The notes below the pieces were generated by a model. The model saw only the letters and a list, made by a program, of their open reading frames with translations. It made no database searches and was not told the DNA's origin. The translations under genes and the position numbers were made by a program. 64,000 nucleotides of DNA from Macrostomum lignano. Taxonomy: Eukaryota. Numbering within the stretch: position 1 is the stretch's first letter; each line of letters begins with the position of its first letter. This document shows, one piece after another, positions 25,071 through 38,309 of this stretch. The stretch is from the NCBI GenBank assembly GCA_002269645.1, contig NIVC01001046.1:1-64000 (forward strand), given 5' to 3'.

Positions 25071-25302
25071 CGTATTCCAAAGCCGCAGAGCTTTCGGACA
25101 GAGCGTCCGGAGTGTGGAAACTTCGAATCAAGGAGTGCCAGACGAAGCTCTCTGGAGCGTTTGGCAAGCGCGGAGGGTCCATGATCAAACACAACTCCTG
25201 TGGGCGAATCTATGGAAGATGTGACCTTAGTAGTGACCTTAGATGTGACCTTAGTTCTTTCCCTATGTTCCATAGAATCTACTCTGACTTTAAAATTTAA
25301 AG

Positions 25303-25706
25303 TGGAGAAGCAGAGGGGAGAAGCAGAGGGGAGAAGCAGAGGGGAGAAGCAGAGGGGGAGAAGCAGAGGGGGGGAAGCAGAGGGGGGAAGCAGAGGGGAG
25401 AAGCAGAGGGGAAGAAGCAGAGGGGGAGAAGCAGAGGGGGAGAAGCAGAGGGGGAGAAGCAGAGGGGGGAAGCAGAGGGGAAGAAGCAGAGGGGGAGAAG
25501 CAGAGGGGAGAAGCAGAGGGGGGAAGCAGAGGGGGGGAAGCAGAGGGGAGAAGCAGAGGGGGGGGAAGCAGAGGGGGGAAGCAGAGGAGGAGAAGCAGAG
25601 GGGAGAAGCAGAGGGGGAGAAGCAGAGGGGAAGAAGCAGAGGGGGAGAAGCAGAGGGGGAGAAGCAGAGGGGGAAAAGCAGAGGGGGAGAAGCAGAGGGG
25701 GAGAAG
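25303..25706. repeat. GAGAAGCAGAGGGG minisatellite, second array
   Basis: Same unit and orientation as 22018-23510. Confidence 0.93.
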
Positions 25707-26446
25707 CTCTTCCCATGTTGATCGGGAGTCAGAGGGGGGCTAAAATGCATAGGTGTACACACACACACACGCACACACCAAAAGTTCACTTTGCAACTGA
25801 TTGCCAGCGGGACAGCGTCTGTAAAACCGGGCGCCGCAGCGGCTTCCTCGTTTCTTCCCGTTCCCATTTCGCATCCCCAATTGAGGATTCTGGGCTGGCA
25901 GCAGCAGCTTCCTTGCTCCCCTAACTCCCTTCCCCATCAGAGTGTGCCTTGGTTGGGCCGAGGGACAAGCATTGAAAGAATTGACTGAAGAAAAACAGGG
26001 GGGGGGGGGCAGACAGGCAGTCAAAAGAGGGAGCGAGCGGTGGTGGTTTTATAAGCGGAAATGATTACTTGCTTCGCCTGCTCAGCGGCTCATCGCTCAC
26101 TTCGCCCCCTTGGCAACAATAACAACAGCTAATCCTCAGCGCGCGGTCTCCTCCACTTGGCTTTGAAGACTGCTTGAGCTGCCAGGGAACGGAGGCATTT
26201 TGAAAATTTGCATAAAGTAATTTGGCCGCAGCCAGGCAGGCCTGAGAGCGGACAAGCAGGCCGGCTGGCTCCTTTTGCCAGTTTAGCCATCAAACGAGGG
26301 AACAAGTCGAATGGGCCGCGTCCCCAGTTCGAATTGGGTTATGATGGAATTTCTGCCTGCAAACTGATCCGCCAGTGCACTCCTAGGGCTCCGCGCAGCA
26401 AGTGCAGCCGAATCGCGAATATTCTCACTCAACCCGGCCCTTGCGC

Positions 26447-27598
26447 TGTCTCTCACCCTGTCTCTCACCCTGTCTCTCACCCTGTCTTTCACCCTGTCTT
26501 TCACCCTGTCTTTCACCCTGTCTCTCACCCTGTCTCTCACCCTGTCTCTCACCCTATCTCTCACTTTGTCCTCTTACCCTGTCTCTCACCCAGTCTCTCA
26601 CCCTGTCCTCTCACCCTGTCCTCTCATCCTGCCTTTCACACCTGTCTCTCACCTGTCTCTCAACCTGTCTCTCACCCAGTCTCTCACCCAGTCTCTCACC
26701 CAGTCTCTCACCCTGTCTCTCACCCTGTCTCTCACCCTGTCTCTCACCCTGTCTCTCCCCCTGTCTCTCACCCTGTCTCTCACCCTGTCTCTCACCCTGT
26801 CTCTCACCCTGTCTCTCACCTGTCTCTCAACCTGTCTCTCACCCAGTCTCTCACCCAGTCTCTCACCCAGTCTCTCACCCTGTCTCTCACCCTGTCTCTC
26901 ACCCTGTCTCTCACCCTGTCTCTCACCCTGTCTCTCACCCAGTCTCTCACCCAGTCTCTCACCCTGTCTCTCACCCAGTCTCTCACCCTGTCTCTCACCC
27001 AGTCTCTCACCCTGTCTCTCACCCTGTCTCTCACCCTGTCTCTCACCCTGTCTCTCACCCTGTCTCTCACCCTGTCTCTCACCCTGTCTCTCACCCTGTC
27101 CTCTCACCCTGTCCTCTCATCCTGCCTTTCACACCTGTCTCTCACCTGTCTCTCAACCTGTCTCTCACCCAGTCTCTCACCCAGTCTCTCACCCAGTCTC
27201 TCACCCTGTCTCTCACCCTGTCTCTCACCCTGTCTCTCACCCTGTCTCTCCCCCTGTCTCTCACCCTGTCTCTCACCCAGTCTCTCACCCTGTCTCTCAC
27301 CCTGTCTCTCACCCTGTCTCTCACCCTGTCTCTCACCCTGTCTCTCACCCTGTCTCTCACCCTGTCTCTCACCCAGTCTCTCACCCTGTCTCTCACCCTG
27401 TCTCTCACCCTGTCTCTCACCCTGTCTCTCACCCTGTCTCTCACCCTGTCTCTCACCCTGTCTCTCACCCAGTCTCTCACCCTGTCTCTCACCCTGTCTC
27501 TCACCCTGTCTCTCACCCTGTCTCTCACCCTGTCTCTCACCCTGTCTCTCACCCTGTCTCTCACCCTGTCTCTCACCCTGTCTCTCACCCAGTCTCTC
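26447..27598. repeat. 12-bp minisatellite (TCTCTCACCCTG)
   Basis: Tandem units; the reverse-complement array is at 31295-31960. Confidence 0.95.
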
Positions 27599-28024
27599 AT
27601 CCAGGCCTTATACCTGGATTAAAAAATTTAAAATCAACACACTCGTAAAAACGTCACTTCAGTCAGGCAGAAACTTGCAAAAAGAATTATTTTATATAAA
27701 GTTATTTTTTTCCCAGGTGCAACTGAGAGCGCAGCTGTAGCGACTGCTTACCTGTGTCCCCTATTCACTTTTCAGCCCTTTACCCAGCCGCAAACCTCCC
27801 CGTGCAAGGCCTTCTAAAAGCAATAGGGTTATTGCTAGCAGCTGCTGCGCTGTGCCCTGCATTCGCCCTCCCGAAGCAGGCGTGGCTGCTCAAAGCGAGA
27901 TCAATAGGAGCCAGGCAATGCAGTTCGCCCACTTAGCGCTCTCGATTTCACTTTCAAAGCTTAAAGGCGGTGAAGTGAAACCAAAAACTCTTGCAACAAC
28001 TCCAGCAGTTTCTCTGGCGCTTAT

Positions 28025-28038
28025 TTCCCCATGGCAAC
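28025..28038. promoter_or_regulatory. RFX X-box-like site TTCCCCATGGCAAC
   Basis: 13/14 match to GTYNCCATGGNAAC. Lies upstream (minus strand) of a strong donor CAG|GTAAGC at 27751 that could end a non-coding NCS exon. Confidence 0.35.
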
Positions 28039-28159
28039 CTGGCGCCAGGGCTGTAAAAGTTGTGATTTCACAATGCTAAAATGCGTGCTTTCTGAACGCA
28101 TTCCGAACTGGCTTGTAGTTCTGGCATTTGGCAATACAACAATGGACGCCCTGGTACAA

Positions 28160-28207
28160 CCTTGGGGGTTGGCCATCATGGGTTTGAATAGCACGACAAG
28201 CCCCAAA
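28160..28207 (-). mobile_element. Fragment of the tRNA-derived SINE (3' part)
   Basis: CCTTGGGGGTTGGCCATCA matches the reverse complement of 36452-36470. Confidence 0.45.
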
Positions 28208-28706
28208 TGAAGGAACCGAATCCGCATGCGCGCTATTACAAGTATTGCAAGAGTCTCATGAGCACACTGGAGTTACAGAGAAGCTCAGGAAGTTTACGCC
28301 GGGCAATCCAAAGTAATTCTAATGCGCTGCAATACAAGTGCATATATATATATGCGTATTTCACAACTCGCGACTCCGTCGTTGCCACAAAATACACAGG
28401 CCGCTCACCAACCGATGGCGGCGACCTTCGTCTCTCTCGCTCTCTGTCTCGACTCCAAATAAAAACGATCCGCCCGCATCCGGTCCAGCGGCATCCCGCA
28501 GCTCCCATCCGCCCCCGGGGCTTTCAGATTAGGGAGATGAAATGCGAGCCGTCTGCTGCACTCAATGCAGGCCCTGCGGGGGGTCGCGCCCGGCTCTTGA
28601 TAGCTATGGAGCATGGCGTGCGCTGTGCCAGCTGAGTCGCTCCACATCCTCCTCTGCTCCCCCCACTCGCGACAAGCATAGCCAAGGGGGGCTGGCGTTC
28701 CATTGC

Positions 28707-29960
<1,254 letters not shown>

Positions 29961-30387
29961 TTATCTCAAGTTTCCTTGTCTAGATGCCCAGCAGTGCAAC
30001 ACGAGAAAGCAACGACAGGCTGCATAATGTAAAAGGAGACCGCGGTGCTGCAGGGATAAATTAATTTGCATAAAATTAGCTATCAGAAGAGAGATGATCA
30101 GCTTCCAATCTCGTGTCCTCACATGGAAGCAGGACAGTTGACAGACCGATGCGAGCTATGAGAAGCATTTCCAGCAGTTAAAGTACATTTCATTAGAAAT
30201 ATTTAACAGCTTAATATAGCTCGTAGTTTAGGTGTCCAGTCTAGTTGATGCAGACTATGCTACTGAATCCGAAAAACTAGTAGTAAATAGCGGACTTCAA
30301 TGCACTGCAGCCTTCAACTACGAGTATATAGTCTATAGATTTGTAATATCATGTCCGTTTTAATAGCTGAATGGTGAATTCGCAAAC

Positions 30388-30922
30388 TAGAGAGGAGAGA
30401 GGAAAGAGGAGAGAGGGAAGTGGAGAAAGGAGCGGAGAGAGGAGAGGAGAGAGGAGAGGGGAGAGAGGAGAGGAGAGAGGAGAGAGGAGAGTGGAGAAAG
30501 GAGCGGAGAGAGGAGAGGAGAGAGGAGAGAGGAGAGGAGAGAGGAGAGTGGAGAGTGGAGAAAGGAGCAGAGAGAGGAGAGGAGAGAGGAGGGAGGATAT
30601 AAGAGAGGAGGGGAGAGGAGAGGAGAAAGGAGAGGGGAGAGGAGAGAGGTGAGAAGAGAGGAGAGTGGAGAAAGGAGCGGAGAGAGGAGAGGAGAGAGGA
30701 GAGGGAGAGGAGAGAGGTGAGGAGAGAGGAGAGTGGAGAGTGGAGAAAGGAGCGGAGAGAGGAAAGGAGGGTAGGGAGAGGAGAGGAGCGTAGGGAGAGG
30801 AGAGGAGGGTAGGGAGAGGAAAGGAGGGTAGGGAGAGGAAAGGAGGGTAGGGAGAGGAGAGGAGTGTAGGGAGAGGAGAGGAGGGTAGGGAGAGGAGAGG
30901 AGGGAAGGGAGAGGAGAGAGAA
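30388..30922. repeat. GA-rich low-complexity repeat
   Basis: GGAGAGAGGAGA and GGAGGGTAGGGAGA units. Confidence 0.9.
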
Positions 30923-31294
30923 GAGAAGCACACTGTCAACTGCACTCACAACAATCAGCTTTCATTACCGTATGAAACGAGAAACGGCAGTATTATTAAA
31001 TTATCGACTGTTATTTTCATTTTATGTTTCTCTCACTTGCTGGCGAAGCTGCAAGCCTGCAATCTGTGTAGCGAGTCGAGCAGCTCTGGGTGGAACAGAA
31101 CAAAATGCTTGTAGCGTTCTGCTAGTCAAGCCAGCAGGCCACGCAGCCAGCAGATCAAGTAGCTATTCGAATTTCTGCTTGTTCAAGAAGCCCCTGCTGC
31201 AGCCAAACTGTGCATTGCGACGTCAAGGAGATTTAAATACAGAATTTAGAGTGAAAAAAATTTCAAAAACTTTTAAGCACGTCTCAGAACATCT

Positions 31295-31960
31295 CAGACA
31301 GGGTGAGAGACAGGGTGAGAGACAGGGTGACAGACAGGGTGAGAGACAGGGTGAGAGACAGGGTGACAGACAGGATGAGAGGACAGGGTGAGAGACAGGG
31401 TGACAGACAGGGTGAGAGACAGGGTGACAGACAGGGTGAGAGACAGGGTGAGAGACAGGGTGAGAGGACAGGGTGAGAGGCAGGGTGAGAGACAGGGTGA
31501 GAGACAGGGTGAGAGACAGGGTTAGGGACAGGGTGAGAGACAGGGTGAGAGACAGGGTGAGAGACAGGGTGAGAGGACAGGGTGAGAGGCAGGGTGAGAG
31601 ACAGGGTGAGAGACAGGGTGAGAGACAGGGTGAGAGACAGGGTGAGAGATAGGTGTGAGAGACAGGGTGAGAGACAGGGTGAGAGACAGGGTGAGAGATA
31701 GGGTGAGAGACAGGGTAAGAGGCAGGGTGAGAGACAGGTGAGAGACAGGGTGAGAGACAGGGTGAGAGAGAGGGTGACAGACAGGGTGAGAGACAGGGTG
31801 AGAGATAGGTGTGAGAGACAGGGTGAGAGACAGGGTGAGAGACAGGGTGAGAGACAGAGTGAGAGATAGGTGTGAGAGACAGGGTGAGAGACAGGGTGAG
31901 AGACAGGGTGAGAGATAGGGTGAGAGACAGGGGGACAGACAGGGTGAGAGGCAGGAGTGA
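31295..31960. repeat. 12-bp minisatellite (CAGGGTGAGAGA), inverted relative to 26447-27598
   Basis: Unit is the reverse complement of TCTCTCACCCTG. Confidence 0.95.
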
Positions 31961-32342
31961 GAGGCTGGGTGAGACAGATAGAGACACACCGTATAAGAGT
32001 TAAAGGCAACTCCAGATAGCAGATCCGTGGTACTCGTAGGCCTGCTTGGTTCCTTCACTTTCTTGGATATTAATTTCAAGATGTAGAAAAATATGGAAAA
32101 GGAAATGTAATATTGCACCCCACAGACACTGAGACAGGGTATGCGAATGAGTGAGTTCATCTCTGTTTAACATTGTAAACAGTGATTCAGTGCGACACTG
32201 ACTGTTGACAAAGTTTTTTTTCGGATGCATAGACTGTGGTGCTGGCTATAATGTAGGCAACCTTTCCGCTTGGAATCTACTTTTTTGTAGCCAGCTTAGT
32301 GTGCATGCCGACTGGCTCCGGTGGATACCGCAGAGCCACAGG

Positions 32343-33265
32343 GGGAGAAGGAAAAGAAGGCAGGAAGGGAGAGACAGAAGGGAAGACAGGAAGGGAAGAC
32401 AGAAGGGAAGACAGGAAGGGAAGACAGAAGGGAAGACAGGAAGGGAAGACAGGAAGGGAAGACAGGAAGGGAAGACAGGAAGGGAAGACAGGAAGGGAAG
32501 ACAGGAAGGGAGAGACAGGAAGGGAGAGACAGGAAGGGAGAGACAGGAAGGGAGAGACAGGAAGGGAGAGACAGGAAGGGAGAGACAGGAAGAGAAGGCA
32601 GGAAGGGAGAGACAGGAAGAGAAGGCAGGAAGGGAGAGACAGAAGGGAAGACAGGAAGGGAGAGGCAGGAAGAGAAGGCAGGAAGGGAGAGACAGAAGGG
32701 AAGACAGGAAGGGAGAGACAGGAAGGGAGAGACAGGAAGGGAGAGGCAGGAAGAGAAGGCAGGAAGGGAGAGACAGAAGGGAAGACAGGAAGGGAGAGGC
32801 AGGAAGGGAGAGGCAGGAAGGGAGAGACAGAAGGGAAGACAGGAAGGGAAGACAGGAAGGGAGAGACAGGAAGGGAGAGACAGGAAGGGAGAGACAGGAA
32901 GGGAGAGGCAGGAAGAGAAGGCAGGAAGGGAGAGACAGGAAGGGAGAGGCAGGAAGAGAAGGCAGGAAGGGAGAGACAGGAAGGGAGAGGCAGGAAGAGA
33001 AGGCAGGAAGGGAGAGACAGGAAGGGAGAGACAGGAAGGGAGAGGCAGGAAGGGAGAGGCAGGAAGGGAGAGACAGAAGGGAAGACAGGAAGGGAGAGAC
33101 AGGAAGGGAGAGACAGGAAGGGAGAGGCAGGAAGGGAGAGGCAGGAAGGGAGAGACAGAAGGGAAGACAGGAAGGGAGAGACAGGAAGGGAGAGACAGGA
33201 AGGGAGAGGCAGGAAGGGAGAGGCAGGAAGGGAGAGACAGAAGGGAAGACAGGAAGGGAAGACAT
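32343..33265. repeat. Purine-rich 13-15-bp minisatellite (ACAGGAAGGGAGAG)
   Basis: Tandem units. Confidence 0.93.
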
Positions 33266-33588
33266 GTAGACTGAAAGAGACGGAAGAAATGACGCGGGAG
33301 GGAAACAGAGGGAGAGATCTACTAAAAATGAGGGTAGGAAGAGTGACAGAAGTTCGTACGCGGATTTAGACAGCATGCAGTGTTTCTATATAGCTCATCA
33401 AATCTATAGTTGTCAGGATTACTTCAAGAGACCATTTGACGCCATTCCCCCGCTGCTAGTTCAAACTCTAACTAAAAGAAGCCCATGCTTTCCGCTAGCC
33501 AATCAGAGGGATTCCAGCTTAAAGTACAAGCCATTATAAAGTATCGCTAACGCTGAATGACGCCACCAGACGGACAAGACTGTGAGAA

Positions 33589-33927
33589 ATGCCGGCAGAC
33601 TCGGAGCTCAGGCGGCAGCGGCTGTTTGAAGGCATTCGGGGCGGCGATCTTCGATCAGTTCGTCGACAGCTGATTGGCGCGGCGGCCAGACGGGATCTCG
33701 ACAGTTTCATCGACGAGGACGGAGCGACACCGCTGATGGCAGCTTGCGCGATCGGGCACCTGGCGATGGTGAAGCTGCTGGTCAGGCTGGGCGCCAGTGT
33801 CAGCACCTGCGACAGCATTGGCTGGGACCCGGTGACCACCGCCTGCTGGCATCATCAGCCGCGTGTGCTGGAGTTCCTGCTAGCGGTCAGGCGGCTGCAG
33901 CACGCTCGAGACAGGCGCTACGCTTGA
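33589..33927 (+). CDS. Small ankyrin-repeat protein (112 aa if single exon; may be the first exon of a longer gene)
   Basis: DEDGATPLMAACAIGHLAMVKLLVRLGASVSTCDSIGWDPVTTACWHHQPRVLEFLL gives two clear ANK repeats plus a capping helix. CCAAT (about 33499) and TATAAA (33535-33540) lie upstream. Confidence 0.8.
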   Translation: MPADSELRRQRLFEGIRGGDLRSVRRQLIGAAARRDLDSFIDEDGATPLMAACAIGHLAMVKLLVRLGASVSTCDSIGWDPVTTACWHHQPRVLEFLLAVRRLQHARDRRYA

Positions 33928-34004
33928 GGACTGCGCGTTGGGACTTGGCTTGAATTTCACTACAGAGATGCACTTCAAGGAAGGGTGCTGAAGGATTGCG
34001 GGAA

Positions 34005-34650
34005 GGTGCTGAATGACCGGGGAAAGGGTGCTGAATGACCGGGGGAGGGTGCTGAATGACCAGGGGAGGGTGCTGAATGATCGGGGGAGGGTGCTGAATG
34101 ATCAGGGGAGGGTGCTGAATGATCGGGGGAGGGTGCTGAATGACCGGGGGAGGGTGCTGAATGATCGGGGGAGGGTGCTGAATGATCGGGGGAGGGTGCT
34201 GAATGATCGGGGGAGGGTGCTGAATGACCGGGGGAGGGTGCTGAATGATCGGGGGAGGGTGCTGAATGATCGGGGGAGGGTGCTGAATGATCGGGGGAGG
34301 GTGCTGAATGATCGGGGGAGGGTGCTGAATGACCGGGGAGGGTGCTGAATGATCGGGGGAGGGTGCTGAATGACCGGGGGAGGGTGCTGAATGATCGGGG
34401 GAGGGTGCTGAATGATCGGGGGAGGGTGCTGAATGACCGGGGGAGGGTGCTGAATGACCCGGGGAGGGTGCTGAATGATCGGGGGAGGGTGCTGAATGAC
34501 CGGGGGAGGGTGCTGAATGATCGGGGGAGGGTGCTGAAGGATCGGGCGAAGGTGATGAAGGATTGGAAGGATTAAGGAGGGTGCTGAAGGAGTAGGGAGG
34601 GTGCTGAATGATTGGGGGAGGGTGCTGAATGATCGGGGGAGGGTGCTGCA
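34005..34650. repeat. 21-bp minisatellite (GGAGGGTGCTGAATGATCGGG)
   Basis: Tandem units (the LNDRGRV translation is an artefact). Confidence 0.95.
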
Positions 34651-35199
34651 GGGTTGGGTGGTTGCCATTGAAGTGAGGACCGGAAATGCAGCCGTATTAC
34701 ACGTGAATGTTTGGAATGTACATGCCTATCCATCTCAAAGCTCTTTAACGCCACGTATACTTTTTAAAACAATTTTCATTGCAATATCGTTTCGAGCCTA
34801 CGCCCAATTACATTTATGTCTTCTTTTTTATTACAAACTAATCTGTCTGCATGCGATGTCAGTCTGCTGCACTGCACATGCGCCATTCTGCACGCGCTGC
34901 ATTATCTGATGAAAAATCGCCTAATGCAGGCAATTACGCTTGTACTTTAATGAAAGTGCACTATTTTAGTATTGGTTGCCATCAGGTACATGTATATATT
35001 GCTGCTTGAATTTTAAACAAACAAGAAAACGAATTCATAAATAACTGCCTGTCACTTTCTTGAGGAACAGGTGAGTTACCTTCAGTGATTGCGTTAATTT
35101 CTATCGAGGGACCGCGGAGTTTAACCATTTGACTACCGAACGTAAACCTGATCTAAGCCTAAGCTGAACCTTATATTACACTGTAAATCTAATTCCTAA

Positions 35200-35655
35200 A
35201 CCCGTACCTGAATTCCTAAACTCATACCAAAATTCCTAAACCCAGACCTAAACCCAAACCCGGACCTAAACCCAAACCCAGACCTAAACCCTAACCCAGA
35301 CCTAAACCCAAACCCAGACCTAAACTCAAACCCAGACCTAAACCCAAAGCCTAATTTCTAAACCCAAACCCAGACCTAAACCCAAAGCCTAATTTCTAAA
35401 CCCAGACCTAAATCATAATTTCTAATTCCAAACCTACGAGTATATAGATATATATCATAGTATTAAACCCAAACCTAAACCCATACCTAAAGCCATATCT
35501 AAACCCTTAACTAAACCCAAACCTAAACCCATACCTAAACCAATACCTAAAATCATATCTAAACCCTAAACAAAATCCAAACCTAAATCTAATTCCTAAA
35601 CCGAAACCTGAACCCAAGCTTAAACCCTAATTCCTAATCCAAACCTAAACCCAAA
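35200..35655. repeat. Degenerate telomere-like CCTAAACCC(A) array
   Basis: Repeated cctaaacccaaa and ccctaa units. Confidence 0.8.
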
Positions 35656-36317
35656 AAATTTGACAAGCCAAATTACGCGCACCTGATGCACTACCCCTCT
35701 CAAATACATGTGATGCAATGGAGACCATCATGGGTTTTAAGAGGGTCAAAGCGGTCAGATAACCCAGGAAACAACAGAAGTCTCTCTGCCTACGGTGCTA
35801 AAAGCCAAAAATAACACAGAATCTCGCCTGCGGCGCTAAAATTTCAATTGAAATTCTACATTGATTTGAGCCATCTTTGACCCTCAGTTTATCAGGTATC
35901 AGACAGTGCCTTCTTGGAATCTCGCATGTGAAACTGGAGAGTCAAAAAATGAGGTCAACAAGTCCGGCCCTCAGCTGTAACTGCGTCAGAATCACAATGC
36001 GACTGCGTGCCATCCCCAGAACAGCGGCAGTGCGGTTGCACTAAAGACCAAGTCTCATTCTAAAGCGACCTCGCTTTGCACTGCAGACGCAAAAAACTTC
36101 AACTGCCCCCCCCCGTTGCTTGAGCCGAACGATAAGCGTGCAGCTGTGCGACTATAATCAGTTTTATTTTCCATTTGGAATGCACAATTTTCACGATGCT
36201 ACTGACATATTAATATCATCAGCAAATAAAAGACACGAATTCATAAATTGATTATCAATATCAGTTCTCTTATCGAAACTCATAGCAAAAAATGTAAGTT
36301 TATCAAGTTGTAAGGGG

Positions 36318-36470
36318 GCGTAGCCTTTGTGGAGCCTAGCGCAGGCTCTGGTGTGCCAGCGGCCCAGGCTCGATTCCAAGTGCAGTCACATTAATTTGGG
36401 GCTGAATTGGAATCTCGCCTTGGCTCTGCTCGTGCAATTAACGACCCCTGATGGCCAACCCCCAAGGCAC
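36318..36470 (+). mobile_element. tRNA-derived SINE copy
   Basis: B-box-like GGCTCGATTCC at 36367-36377; colinear with the reverse complement of 21235-21380. Confidence 0.6.
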
Positions 36471-36666
36471 AGTGAAGTGTACATGCCTAAAGATAAATAA
36501 AATAAGGGCCGCTGTACACTCCTGTGTGAGTGTGTGTCTGTGCGTATGACTGCGTACGTATCCGCGCGCTTGTGTGCCTGCTCAGGGGAGTCGGCGGAAT
36601 GGGCAGCAATGCCTCTCGCAGGTTGTGTGACAATGTCGCACAGGATGGCGCCAGGAATAGGATGCA

Positions 36667-37123
36667 CCACAGATACTAGAATAACTGGATGGGCCACTCA
36701 GGCACATATACTAGGTAAAACAGCTTTCTACTTTCAGTTCAGTAGCAAAGAAGAAAACATAAGCTATTTTATAAAAATAAAGCCAGCTCAAATGACCTTG
36801 AGTTTAGAAGTTTAGAAGCCCAAGCTTGCAGGCGTAAATAGCTTCCTAATTGGTTCAGCAGTGATGTACATTAGCCAGTCCACTGAAATGTACATGGCAG
36901 CTTTAGGCTGGAATTCCGAGAAAGGCAATAAAAATTGGGGTGCGCGGAGGAGGAGGGTAGCGTGGAAAGGCGCGGTTGGAGGGTTTAAGCTGGGGTAAGA
37001 GCCAATAAATGAGCCTTGGCTTTAAAAATACATTAAAATGCTTCTGTTTAACTACTACTGAACTGAAAGTAGCTTACACGCAAATGTGCTGAGTGGTCCA
37101 TCTAGTTATTCTAGTATCTGTGG
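36667..37123. mobile_element. MITE, 457 bp, 35-bp TIRs, apparent 6-bp TSD GATGCA
   Basis: CCACAGATACTAGAATAACTGGATGGGCCACTCAG (36667-36701) versus the reverse complement of 37089-37123 (33/35). GATGCA at 36661-36666 and 37124-37129. A related inverted copy lies at about 59135-59585. Confidence 0.88.
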
Positions 37124-37439
37124 GATGCACACAGCCACCTTGCCTCTAATAAAAAATTATCAAGCTTTAAGTCGCAAAAATTTCATGTTAAGTTTTCAGC
37201 AATCACTTAATATTTATTAAATGCACTAACAATCAGCAGTTAGTTAAAAGCATTCAAGCTCAAGTCAGCAAGCCGATACAGTTGCTATGTACACACACAG
37301 GTGAATACGTCACAGATGAATGCCTGCAACATCTTTTAGATAGCCAAAAGTTACGACACAGCCGTGAAGTAGACCGAGACTGATCCGAACACACACAGGC
37401 AGACTTGGGGCAGACACACGTACAAAAAGACACTACGGA

Positions 37440-38117
37440 CAGAGATAGGCAGACACAAACATTATGGACGGAGACAGACAGACAGAAGTACAGAAAGAGA
37501 CAGACAGACAGACAGACAGGACAGACAGGCAAGACAGACAGAGACAGGCAGACAGGCAAGACAGATAGAGACAGGCAGACAGGCAAGACAGACAGAGACA
37601 GGCAAGACAGGCAAGACAGACAGACAGGCAGACAGGCAAGACAGGCAGAGACAGGCAAGACAGGCAAGACAGACAGACAGGCAGACAGGCAAACAGACAG
37701 AGACAGGCAGACAGAGACAGGCAAGACAGACAGAGACAGGCAGACAGAGACAGACAGACAGAGACAAACAAACAGACAGAGACAGGCAGACAGAGACAGG
37801 CAAGACAGACAGACAGACAGACAGGACAGACAGACAGAGACAGACAGACAGGACAGAGACAGGCAGACAGACAGAGACAGACAGACAGAGACAGGCAGAC
37901 AGGCAGGAAAGACAGGCAGGACAGAGACAGGCAGACAGAGACAGGCAAGACAGACAGACAGACAGGCAGGCAGACAGGCAGACAGGCAAGACAGACAGAG
38001 ACAGGCAAGACAGGCAAGACAGACAAGACAGGCAGACAGGCAAGACAGGCAAGACAGACAGAGACAGGCAGACAGGCAAGACAGACAGACAGGCAGACAG
38101 GCAAGACAGAGACAGGC

Positions 38118-38178
<61 letters not shown>

Positions 38179-38208
38179 GGCAGACAGGCAAGACAGACAG
38201 AGACAGGC

Positions 38209-38239
<31 letters not shown>

Positions 38240-38307
38240 GACAGGCAGACAGGCAGGAAAGACAGGCAGGACAGGCAGGACAGGCAGGACAGAGACAGGC
38301 AGACAGG
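37440..38307. repeat. Degenerate (GACA/GGCA)n repeat
   Basis: Seen directly, immediately 3' of SNAPC1 exon 2. Confidence 0.93.
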
Positions 38308-38309
38308 CC

